DNA of 64,000 nucleotides. Origin: Chitinophagales bacterium. Lineage in GTDB: Bacteria; Bacteroidota; Bacteroidia; Chitinophagales; Saprospiraceae. Both the position numbers and the translations under genes were made by a program. The stretch spans positions 9,407-73,406 of the forward strand of contig JBBSPZ010000005.1 of NCBI GenBank assembly GCA_038258275.1, written 5' to 3'. This document shows, one piece after another, positions 28,978-37,722 of the stretch. Numbering within the stretch: the first letter of the stretch is position 1; each line of letters begins with the position of its first letter. The notes beneath the pieces were generated by a model. That model worked only from the letters and a program-made list of their open reading frames with translations. It did not search any database and was not told where the DNA came from.

Positions 28978-29142
28978 TTAGGCGCGATTGAACAACCTGG
29001 CTACCAGGCTGATTACGAGAAGCACGAGGAAGATATAAAAGAGGATCTGCGCAATACCGGCGGCAGCTCCGCCAATACCTCCGAATCCTAGCAGACCGGC
29101 CACGATGGCGATCACGAAGAAGATAAGGGCATAGCGTAACAT
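28978..29142 (-). CDS. DUF1328 / UPF0391 (YtjA-like) small membrane protein, missing from the ORF track
   Basis: Manual translation: [54 protein letters not shown] (54 aa), with the canonical A..FGFGGIA..A..IA.ILF pattern. Confidence 0.93.
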   Translation of the reverse strand: MLRYALIFFVIAIVAGLLGFGGIGGAAAGIAQILFYIFLVLLVISLVARLFNRA

Positions 29143-29225
29143 AGTGGTTGTATTTAGTTAAGGTGAAAATGAAAGCCTGTGCAATACGGTAGGCCTTCGT
29201 ATAGTATAACCGAGGCAATATTGGG

Positions 29226-29882
29226 ATGTTCGGTTACCAAAATTTTTCTGCTGACCAACTTCCACCCCGACATTTCGTTCTTTCGGGTATGCCCCAGACA
29301 GCACATACTATTGTATACCAGAACGTGAAAAGTCCCCACCTCAGGAAATGGTTCGCGGAGACGTTGGCGGCCTATCCCGAACTCCTCAGCCACCCGATTT
29401 ACCTGCGCAAGTTGCCTACCCGCTACAGCACGATGCGGGCCCAGCCGGTGATCAACTGGCAGTTTTTCCGCCGTAAGTACCGCCACTACCGGGTAGATTT
29501 CAGCAGCCACCTCGAGGTCACGGAGCACGTCAAGGTACGCGAGCTGCCCGAGGAGGTAGTTGTAGGCTGGTTCGCACACGAGCTGGGGCACATCATCGAT
29601 TACCTCGATCGCCCCTGGCGGGGTATGATCGCATTCGGACTGGGTTACGCCCTGTGGTCCCGCTACATGCGGGAAGCCGAACGCCGCGCGGATACGATCG
29701 CCGTCGATCACGGTTTCGGAGTCGAGGTACTGGCCACCAAACGGTACCTGATGGACCACGCCACGCTCCCAACCCACTACAAGAACCGGCTGAAGAAATA
29801 CTACCTCTCCGCCGACGAGCTCCAGGCCCTGGTCACCGCCTACGAGGAACGCGGCGAAATGCCGGATATCGTACCTATTTAA
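29226..29882 (+). CDS. Hypothetical HExxH zinc metalloprotease-like protein
   Basis: WFAHELGH motif with downstream EAERRAD. Confidence 0.7.
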   Translation: MFGYQNFSADQLPPRHFVLSGMPQTAHTIVYQNVKSPHLRKWFAETLAAYPELLSHPIYLRKLPTRYSTMRAQPVINWQFFRRKYRHYRVDFSSHLEVTEHVKVRELPEEVVVGWFAHELGHIIDYLDRPWRGMIAFGLGYALWSRYMREAERRADTIAVDHGFGVEVLATKRYLMDHATLPTHYKNRLKKYYLSADELQALVTAYEERGEMPDIVPI

Positions 29883-29902
29883 TCCAACTTACCTTCCGCC
29901 CC

Positions 29903-30181
29903 ATGTCCGCCAACGACCTGAACTACCAATACCGCAAGTGGCTCATCAAAGCTCCCCTGGGCCTCGTCCTGACCGGCTTTGGCGCCGCCCTGATCAGTGA
30001 AGCCGCCATGAAGAAATCGGGCGGTGCGCCGACCACCGGCTGGGTGATCACCGGTACGGTCGCGCTCGCGGTTTTCAACAGTGGCCTGAGCGTACTCGTC
30101 GACGCGGGCAAACACCGGGCACATTTCGAGCGCTTGCGGGATGCCGGTGCCCCAACCCCCTCATCAAGTACTCCCTCCTGA
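29903..30181 (+). CDS. Small hypothetical membrane protein (2 TM)
   Basis: Starts MSANDLNYQYRKW, with two hydrophobic segments. ATG 29903 follows a -7-like TACCTTCC. Confidence 0.65.
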   Translation: MSANDLNYQYRKWLIKAPLGLVLTGFGAALISEAAMKKSGGAPTTGWVITGTVALAVFNSGLSVLVDAGKHRAHFERLRDAGAPTPSSSTPS

Positions 30182-30210
30182 GCCTCCTCAAATTCCTCGG
30201 CAAGGCGCTT

Positions 30211-30837
30211 TTGCTCCTCCTCGGGCTGGTCCTGCTGTACCTCGCCCTGGCCGTGCTCCTCTCGTTGCTTTCCACCCGTCCGGACCCGGTTCCCGGCGTG
30301 AGGGACCGTCAGCTCTACGTCTCGAGCAACGGCGTCCACACCGATTTCATCCTTCCCGTAGCCCTGGTGCCCCGGGAACTGCTGGATCAGCTGGGCTACC
30401 TGGCAGACTACCCCTACCTCGCCTTTGGCTGGGGAGATAAGGGCTTCTACCTCGATACGCCGACCTGGGCCGAACTGAAAGCCACCACCGCCATTCGGGC
30501 CATGCTGCTCCCCAGTCCGACGGCGGTACACGTCACCGGCTACGACAGCATTGGTAGCGACTGGGCACGGCTTCCGCTAACCGGCGGGCAGGTCGACATC
30601 CTCAACGGCTACATCGCCGAAACCTTTCGGTCGGACGGAGGTGGCCGGATCATCCACATCAACCGGGCCGGATACGGCGATAACGATGAATTTTATGAGG
30701 CCCTGGGGTCGTACAATGCCGTATATACCTGCAACAATTGGGTCAATCAGGGGCTGAAGCGAATGGGGGTCAAGACCGCCCGTTGGTCGCCCTCCGAGTG
30801 GGGAATTATGCGCTGGCTCGGACAGGTGGAAGAATAG
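30211..30837 (+). CDS. DUF2459 / TIGR02117-like protein (permuted papain-like His..Cys)
   Basis: Motifs SNGVHTDFILP, YLAFGWGDKGFY and YNAVYTCNNWVN..LK..G. Start codon uncertain. Confidence 0.8.
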   Translation: MLLLGLVLLYLALAVLLSLLSTRPDPVPGVRDRQLYVSSNGVHTDFILPVALVPRELLDQLGYLADYPYLAFGWGDKGFYLDTPTWAELKATTAIRAMLLPSPTAVHVTGYDSIGSDWARLPLTGGQVDILNGYIAETFRSDGGGRIIHINRAGYGDNDEFYEALGSYNAVYTCNNWVNQGLKRMGVKTARWSPSEWGIMRWLGQVEE

Positions 30838-30887
30838 TATGTCCCCGGGCTGCTTTAACTTTAGCGCAGCAACCATCCCCGATAGCC

Positions 30888-33314
30888 ATGCGAAGCCTGT
30901 TACTCTGCCTCATCTGTCTTTTTTGCACCTGCGTCTCCGCCCAGGAGAAACTGGGCTACCAGCAGCCCCCCCGGGAGATCCTCGAACTGGTGGACGTGCC
31001 GCTCGCCCCCACGGTGCTGATGGACCACGAGCGGACAACCATGGTACTCCTGTACCGCAACCCGTATAAGACCATCGCCGAACTCTCCGAAACGGAACTG
31101 CGGCTCGGCGGATTACGTATCGACCCGGCAACCAATATCGGGAGCCGGACGAATTACACTAATGACCTGAAGGTCAGATCGGTAAGTGACCGTCCGGGTA
31201 GCGAACGGCCCTTCTCCGGCATGCCCGCCACTCCCCGGCTGGCCAACTTCAGTTGGTCGCCCGACCAGAAAATGATCGCCTTTACCCACACGACCGTCAA
31301 GGGGGTGGAGGTATGGGTCGCCGACCTCGCTGCCGCCACCGTCCGCCGCCTCACCCCGCCCGGGGTCAATGCCAATATGGATGACGTCATCAACTGGTAC
31401 AGGGATGGCCGGTCCCTGCTCGTCAAAATGCTCCCCGACGACCGCCAGCCCCTCATCGATGGAGCCACTGCCGTGCCCACCGGCCCGACCGTTTCCGTAG
31501 CCGACGGCAAGAAGGCGCAGAACCGCACGTACCAGGATCTGCTCAGTAATCCCAACGACGAATTCAACTTCGAGCAAGTCGCCCGCTCAACGATCGCTCG
31601 GGTCACGCTCGACGGCCAGGCCACGGAATTCCTGCCCGCCGCGATGTACAACGACATCGGTTTTAGCCCCGACGGCAGCTACGTGATGGTGGAGGCCCTC
31701 AGCCGTCCCTTTTCTTACCTGGTCCCCTACTACCGCTTTCCCGCCAAAACCACCGTATATACCCTGGACGGCCAGGCGGTGCAGGTAGTCAACGATCTGC
31801 CCCTCGTGGAAGATCTCCCCCAAGGATTCATGGCGACCACCAGCGGCCGCCGGAGCGTGCAGTGGCGCGGCGACGTGCCCGCCACCCTGGTCTACGTCGA
31901 GGCCCTCGACGGCGGTGATCCGGCCGTGGAGGTCGACCACCGCGACGAGGTCTTCGAACTGGAAGCCCCGTTCTCGGGCAGGGGGAAGTCCCTGGTCAAG
32001 CTGATCAACCGCTACGCCGGCATAGAATGGGGCGACGCGCATACCGCCGTGGCCTACGACCGCTGGTGGGACACCCGTAATACCAAGGTGTATGTATTCG
32101 ATCCTTCCGGCGGGGGCGGGGAGCCTACGGTACTCTTCGACCGCAACTACCAGGATAACTACAGCGATCCCGGCACCTTTGTCACTACCCGCAACACCTA
32201 CGGCAGCGAGGTCCTTGCCCTCGCGGGTTCCCGTGCATTCCTGATCGGTGAGGGGTACACCGAAAAGGGGCAGTTCCCCTTCCTGCGGGGGGTGAACCTG
32301 GAAACCGGCACGAGCGAGCAACTCTACACCTCCACCTATACCGATCAACTGGAAAGCCTGCTCGACTACGACCACGAAAAGCAGCGGCTGCTGGTGCGGA
32401 TGGAATCCCCCATCGACTACCCCAACTACTCCTTCCGCGACCTCGCCGGTGGGAGCATGGTGCAGCTGACCGCTTTTACCAATCCCTTCAAGAGCCTGCA
32501 GGAGGTCCACAAAGAGGTCATCTCCTACCGCCGCGATGACGGCCTGGAGCTGTCCGGGACCCTCTACCTGCCGGTCGGATACGACACGGTGAAGAAGGAA
32601 AAAATGCCCATGATCATGTGGGCTTACCCCCGCGAGTTTAAGGATAAGGCCAGTGCCGCTCAGTCCACCAGTAACCCGAACCAGTTTACCTACCCCTCTT
32701 ACGGCTCACCCGTTTACTGGGTGACCAGGGGCTACGTCGTACTCGACGATGCAGCCTTCCCCATCGTGGGGGAAGGAGACGAGGAGCCCAACGACTCCTT
32801 CCGCAAGCAGCTCGTAGGCAATGCCAGGGCGGCCATCGACGCGGTGGACTCACTCGGCTACATCGACCGCGACCGGGTGGCCGTCGGCGGACACAGCTAC
32901 GGGGCCTTTATGGTCGCCAACCTGCTGAGTCACAGCGACCTGTTTGCCGCCGGCATCGCCCGCAGCGGCGCCTACAACCGGACCCTGACGCCCTTCGGCT
33001 TCCAGAGCGAGCAGCGCAATTACTGGGAAGCGCCGGAGGTGTACAACACCATGTCGCCCTTCATGCACGCCGATAAAATGAAAACGCCCCTGCTGCTCGT
33101 GCACGGGGAGGCCGACAACAACTCCGGCACCTACCCCCTGCAGAGCGACCGCTACTTCAACGCCCTGAAGGGACTCGGCGCCACCGTACGCCTCGTCATG
33201 CTGCCGAAGGAGGCCCACGGGTACCGCGCCAGGGAGAGCGTCCTGCATTTGCTGTGGGAGCAGGACCAGTGGCTGGAGGAGCACGTAAAGCACCGCGCGG
33301 TCATGCGGCGCTGA
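30888..33314 (+). CDS. S9 family (prolyl oligopeptidase-like) serine peptidase
   Basis: Signal peptide and YQQPP.EI. Nucleophile motif GGHSYG, catalytic Asp EADNN, catalytic His KEAHGY. Confidence 0.92.
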   Translation: MRSLLLCLICLFCTCVSAQEKLGYQQPPREILELVDVPLAPTVLMDHERTTMVLLYRNPYKTIAELSETELRLGGLRIDPATNIGSRTNYTNDLKVRSVSDRPGSERPFSGMPATPRLANFSWSPDQKMIAFTHTTVKGVEVWVADLAAATVRRLTPPGVNANMDDVINWYRDGRSLLVKMLPDDRQPLIDGATAVPTGPTVSVADGKKAQNRTYQDLLSNPNDEFNFEQVARSTIARVTLDGQATEFLPAAMYNDIGFSPDGSYVMVEALSRPFSYLVPYYRFPAKTTVYTLDGQAVQVVNDLPLVEDLPQGFMATTSGRRSVQWRGDVPATLVYVEALDGGDPAVEVDHRDEVFELEAPFSGRGKSLVKLINRYAGIEWGDAHTAVAYDRWWDTRNTKVYVFDPSGGGGEPTVLFDRNYQDNYSDPGTFVTTRNTYGSEVLALAGSRAFLIGEGYTEKGQFPFLRGVNLETGTSEQLYTSTYTDQLESLLDYDHEKQRLLVRMESPIDYPNYSFRDLAGGSMVQLTAFTNPFKSLQEVHKEVISYRRDDGLELSGTLYLPVGYDTVKKEKMPMIMWAYPREFKDKASAAQSTSNPNQFTYPSYGSPVYWVTRGYVVLDDAAFPIVGEGDEEPNDSFRKQLVGNARAAIDAVDSLGYIDRDRVAVGGHSYGAFMVANLLSHSDLFAAGIARSGAYNRTLTPFGFQSEQRNYWEAPEVYNTMSPFMHADKMKTPLLLVHGEADNNSGTYPLQSDRYFNALKGLGATVRLVMLPKEAHGYRARESVLHLLWEQDQWLEEHVKHRAVMRR

Positions 33315-33319
33315 TTTCG

Positions 33320-35140
33320 TTAGTGGCCGAGCCAGTCCCTGCGCTTGCCGATGGAGGCCTGGTCGGCCCCTTCGCGTAGCGACGAGGTAAAATCCGGGCT
33401 GCTTCCCGCCCGGAAGCGGCCCGTTTTTTCCCGGCCCAGTTGGGTGTACCCGATTTCGTAGGTCTGCCCGATCTCGAGGGTACGCACGACGTCTTCCCAG
33501 TCGGCCACGGTGACTACGGGGCGCCCGTTCAGGGAAGTGACGGTGCTGCCCCGATCGAGGCCGGCGGCAAACAGGGGATTGTTTTCGTAGACGGGCCCGC
33601 TCACTTCCGGGTGTCCGTCGCGGTCGCGTAGGCGAAGGTTGTAAAAACCGACGCTGTCCGGCACCGCCTGCCGCAACTCGATCCCGTAGGGGGCCAACAG
33701 GGTTCCGAAGTCCGGCAACTCCCTGCCGTAGATGTGATCGGTAAACCACTCCGCAGCCCAGGTGGAATCCCGGGAGACGCTGCCGAGCGCCAGTTGGATA
33801 TCGCGGATGTGGTAGGGGATCTCGGGCTTGCCGTACTGCTGCCACATGCGGCGCATGACCTCGTCGAGGGTGTGGCCCCGCTCCCGCAGGTCCAGGTCCA
33901 GGGCGAGGGCCAGGGTAGCGCCGTAGGTGTAATAGCTCACGAAGGTATTGGCGTAGTTGTCGGGATCATTGGCCGTGGCGGCATCGACGAAGGGGGCCTG
34001 CTGGCTCATCGCTACCGGCGAACGCTTGCTCCGGCCGGGACTGTTGACGACGTAGTTGAGCTGGCCGGCGATGCCCTGCGCATACTCCCCGGGGCTGAGG
34101 ATACCCGCCCGGGCCAGGCCGAGGTCGTCGTAGTAGCTGGTGAATCCCTCGGCGAACCACAGTTCCCCGCTCATATTCACGTGGTCGAAGGAGAAGGGCT
34201 CCAGGCTGGCGGGACGAATCCGCTCCACGTTCCAGCAGTGGAAGAACTCGTGACTCACAGTGCCGATGAGCCGCTGCTCGTTGCCCTCCAGGCCTACCGG
34301 GGCGGAGCAGACGGTGGAGTTGCGGTGCTCCATACCGTCGCCGCCGATCCAGGGATTATAGGCCAGGAGAAAGGTGTACCGGCCGTAATCGTAGGCCGGG
34401 AGCTCGCCGTAAACTTTTTGCTGGGCGTGAACCACGCTGTCGACCATCACCACATAGCGGTCGAATGCTTCCCGGCTACCCTCGTGTATCATGGCTACCT
34501 CCACCGTGTCGGTGCGGGTTCCGCTAGTCACCGGGAAGGTGGCCCGCATCATTTCGCCGACCATCATCGGGGAATCGAAAAAATAATAGTAGTCCGGGGC
34601 AGCAAACCGGCGCTGCCCGAGGTCCACGAGCTGGGAGGCGACGTTCCACTCCGGGCGCTGATCTTCGGGAAGTTGCAGGAGGATCGGCCGGTCGTTGAGC
34701 TGGTCGCCGTAGGCGAAGCTGGCGGGCATATTGAGGTGGAGCTTGCGGTCGTCGATGCCCGAGTAGGTACCGTCGCCTCCGTTGGCGAAGAGGGTATACC
34801 GGAAAGTGACCTTACCGTGGTGGCCCGTGACGGCCCAGGTGGTGGGGTCTACGCGGTTCACTTCCACTGCACCTGCGTCCGCGCCCGTAGCACGTACGTC
34901 GTACACGTTGCGGGCGAAATTGTGCTGGGCGTAACGGCCGGGACTCGACTGCGGCATTTTTACGTAGAAGACGCCCTCGGGCACGGCAGGGAATTCAATG
35001 CTTACCCCCAGTTCATGGTGGTTGACGCGCGCCAGGTCGAGGGTATAGACGATGGTGCCGGGATGATCGGCGACCCAGTCGAGCTGAGCGGGCAACAGAC
35101 AGGTGATAAGGGAGCAGAGGAGGAACAGAAACGTACGCAT
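33320..35140 (-). CDS. M61 family (glycyl aminopeptidase-like) metallopeptidase with PDZ domain
   Basis: Motifs SPGRY, GMEHRNST, SHEFFHCWNVERIRP, LWFAEGFTSYY and SYYTYG. C-terminal PDZ-like segment. Confidence 0.92.
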   Translation of the reverse strand: MRTFLFLLCSLITCLLPAQLDWVADHPGTIVYTLDLARVNHHELGVSIEFPAVPEGVFYVKMPQSSPGRYAQHNFARNVYDVRATGADAGAVEVNRVDPTTWAVTGHHGKVTFRYTLFANGGDGTYSGIDDRKLHLNMPASFAYGDQLNDRPILLQLPEDQRPEWNVASQLVDLGQRRFAAPDYYYFFDSPMMVGEMMRATFPVTSGTRTDTVEVAMIHEGSREAFDRYVVMVDSVVHAQQKVYGELPAYDYGRYTFLLAYNPWIGGDGMEHRNSTVCSAPVGLEGNEQRLIGTVSHEFFHCWNVERIRPASLEPFSFDHVNMSGELWFAEGFTSYYDDLGLARAGILSPGEYAQGIAGQLNYVVNSPGRSKRSPVAMSQQAPFVDAATANDPDNYANTFVSYYTYGATLALALDLDLRERGHTLDEVMRRMWQQYGKPEIPYHIRDIQLALGSVSRDSTWAAEWFTDHIYGRELPDFGTLLAPYGIELRQAVPDSVGFYNLRLRDRDGHPEVSGPVYENNPLFAAGLDRGSTVTSLNGRPVVTVADWEDVVRTLEIGQTYEIGYTQLGREKTGRFRAGSSPDFTSSLREGADQASIGKRRDWLGH

Positions 35141-35174
35141 GGGCGGGAGGATTACTGCCGCCAAATATAGCACA

Positions 35175-36998
35175 TCAGCTTACCGCGGAAAGACTACGCA
35201 CGAAGGGGCGGTACCCTGCCGCCTGTATTCGCGGCAACTGACCGCGGGCATCCGCAGCGCTCGGAAAGGCCCCGACCACTACTTTATACCGCCGCTGGAG
35301 ACCGCTGCCCGTAGTGATCACGGCCGTGGGCAGCTGGAAGGTAGTTTCCAGTTCCCGGGACAGTCTCAGGGCATTTTCGTAATCGCTCAGGGCACTCACC
35401 TGCAGGCCGTACTTCTCCCGGGCGGGAGCCGCGGGTGCGGGGGAAGGTACCGGGGATGCGGGCCTCCCCTCCTTCAGGCGCAGGGCTTCGGCGACGGCCC
35501 GGTCGGCGTTCACCCGGCCGTAGCCGAACTGCCGGCTGTGCCCGCGGGCGTCGTAGCCGGCGCGGTCGCCGATCTTGTCGGCCGTACGCTCCAGGATGGC
35601 CTTCACCTCGCCGCTGGTCAGGGCCGCATTGGCCGACAACAGCAGGGCGCAAATGCCCGCTACCAGGGGCGTAGCGCTGGACGTGCCGCCGAAATGCTTA
35701 TGGTAGGGCCCGCGGTCGCGCCCGTCGACGTAGTATTTCTTGTCGGGCGGCATCGCGGCCGAACCGGCGTCCCAGCTGGCCCGGGCGGCCAGGACGGGCC
35801 AGCCGCCGTCGCTGGGAGCTACCACGCTCAGTCCCGGTCCGGTATTGGAATAAGCGGGGTGGGTGTCGTTGCTGGTGGAGGCGCCGACCGCGATCACGCC
35901 GGGGATATTGCAGTAGAAATTGAGGAAGTCCCGCCCCTCGTTGCCGGCGGCAAACAGGACGATGCAGCCCTTTCCGCCCCTGCCCGCGGTAAGCGCGGTC
36001 GCGATGGCCCGCTCATGGTACGGCCCCGGCTGGTACTTGGCGTCGACGGTGCCCCAGGAGCAGGAAATGATGTCGGCCCCGTGAGCCGAGCAGTGGCCGA
36101 ACATCCGCTCCGTAAGGTAGCTGGAGTAGGTAAGTCCGTGCAGGGGCATCAGGCGCGCCATCGGGGCTACGCCGACGATCCCGCTGCCGTTGGCGGACGC
36201 CAGGGCCACGCTGGAGCAGGGCGTGGCGTGTTCCCCGTAGGCCGGCCCGCGGGGAACGGAATCCGCGTTGCTGGAGATGGTGAGGGGAGCCACCGCCTTT
36301 CCCGCCAGGTCGGGGTGCTCGAGGTCGAAGCCGTTATCGATCACCGCGATGGTGACCGTGGCCGACCCCAGGCTGCCGAGGCGGTTCCAGGCGGCCCGTA
36401 TGCGGGCGTCCGCGCCGGGGCGAAGGGGGAAATCGGGCACGCCGGGCACACTGCCATCGTTGTCGAAATACCATTCCTCGGAAAAGAGTCCGTCGCGGGG
36501 TTCGGTAAAGTATTGGTCGAGGGGAACGTCGAGGTCGGGTACCGCGGAGTCCACCATCGCCAGTAGGTGGAGGTCTGCGGCGACCTTTAGGGGGTTCCGG
36601 CTTCGTTCGGTGACCGCGAGGAGGATGGTCCCGTCTTCCCGGCGCTCCATGACGTCGAGGTGGTAGAGGTCGAACAGGCTTTGGCTTTCCCGCTCCCCCA
36701 CCCCGGGGGCCAGGCGGAGGTAGATCATGCCCGTGGGCACGACCGGCCGGTTGTCGTCATCGGCAAAATAAACGTGGGTGCCGACGGCGACGCCCGCGTC
36801 CCGACGCACGTCATCCAGCGCCTCGTCGATGTCGCGGTCGGGCGCCAGGGTGACCACTTCAAATCCGCCCAGATCGGGGAGCACCGCGGTGTGTACCGCG
36901 GCGGGTTTGTCCGCGGCGGTCGTCTTCAGGCCGACCAGGGAGGCGCTCTTGCGCAGGGAGAGAGGACCGGAGTCGGTAGGGACGGTGATGGGGCTCAT
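35175..36998 (-). CDS. S8 family subtilase with C-terminal SPOR domain
   Basis: Catalytic D (VIDNGFD), H (EHATPC), oxyanion N (AAGNE) and S (GGTSSATPLVAG). C-terminal GLQVSAL...YKVVVGAF SPOR motif. Confidence 0.88.
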   Translation of the reverse strand: MSPITVPTDSGPLSLRKSASLVGLKTTAADKPAAVHTAVLPDLGGFEVVTLAPDRDIDEALDDVRRDAGVAVGTHVYFADDDNRPVVPTGMIYLRLAPGVGERESQSLFDLYHLDVMERREDGTILLAVTERSRNPLKVAADLHLLAMVDSAVPDLDVPLDQYFTEPRDGLFSEEWYFDNDGSVPGVPDFPLRPGADARIRAAWNRLGSLGSATVTIAVIDNGFDLEHPDLAGKAVAPLTISSNADSVPRGPAYGEHATPCSSVALASANGSGIVGVAPMARLMPLHGLTYSSYLTERMFGHCSAHGADIISCSWGTVDAKYQPGPYHERAIATALTAGRGGKGCIVLFAAGNEGRDFLNFYCNIPGVIAVGASTSNDTHPAYSNTGPGLSVVAPSDGGWPVLAARASWDAGSAAMPPDKKYYVDGRDRGPYHKHFGGTSSATPLVAGICALLLSANAALTSGEVKAILERTADKIGDRAGYDARGHSRQFGYGRVNADRAVAEALRLKEGRPASPVPSPAPAAPAREKYGLQVSALSDYENALRLSRELETTFQLPTAVITTGSGLQRRYKVVVGAFPSAADARGQLPRIQAAGYRPFVRSLSAVS

Positions 36999-37168
36999 GG
37001 GAGGTTAAGGTACGGCCCGTGAACTACCCGTGGGCCTGGCAACCGACCAAATTTTGGCGCTGCGGCAGCGTTGGGTCGGGGAAAACCGTTTACCTTACGG
37101 TAATTCCACGCAATCCGGCCTGCAAGCAGCTGTTTGCTGCCGGTTGCGGATTTATCCGCCAACTTTTT

Positions 37169-37720
37169 ATGGATTACACGATCTGCCTGGAGAACGACGA
37201 GGAACGTTTCGTGGCCGCCCTCCGCCGGGGCGACCGGGAGGCGCAACGCGTGCTGTACGAGACCTTTTACGGTCCGCTGATGGCCATTTGTCAGCGGTAC
37301 ACCGGCAACGAGGACGAGGCCATGGACCTGTTGCACGAAAGCTTCATCAAGATCTTCGGCAAGATCGGCCGCTACGAGAGCGGTACCGCCCTGCTGGCCT
37401 GGATGCGGCGCATCACGGTCAATACGGCCATCGATCACTACCGCCGCGCGGTACGCCGGAGGACGGAGGACCTCGAGCGTGCCTACCAGTTAAGCAGCGA
37501 CGTGCCGGACATCATCTCCCAGTGCTCCGCCCAGGAGATTCTGGAGGCCGTCCAGCAGTTACCGCCCACTTACCGAACAATCTTCAACCTGTACGTGATC
37601 GAAGGGTATAGCCACAAAGAGATTGCCGAGCAATTAAGTATTACTGATTCCACTTCACGATCCAATTTGGTCAAAGCAAGGGGCAAGCTGCAAAAAATGC
37701 TGACCGCCCCCGGCCGCTAG
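37169..37720 (+). CDS. ECF-type RNA polymerase sigma-70 factor
   Basis: Motifs AQRVLYE.FYG, DLLHESFIKIF, WMRRITVNTAIDHYR and LPP.YRTIFNLYVIEGYSHKEIAE..STSRSNL.KAR. ATG 37169. Confidence 0.93.
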   Translation: MDYTICLENDEERFVAALRRGDREAQRVLYETFYGPLMAICQRYTGNEDEAMDLLHESFIKIFGKIGRYESGTALLAWMRRITVNTAIDHYRRAVRRRTEDLERAYQLSSDVPDIISQCSAQEILEAVQQLPPTYRTIFNLYVIEGYSHKEIAEQLSITDSTSRSNLVKARGKLQKMLTAPGR

Positions 37721-37722
37721 TA

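Noticed and set aside
28907-29218. 103-aa minus-strand ORF in the track
   Set aside because: It overlaps, in another frame, the clearly recognisable 54-aa DUF1328 gene (28978-29142), which is the real CDS.
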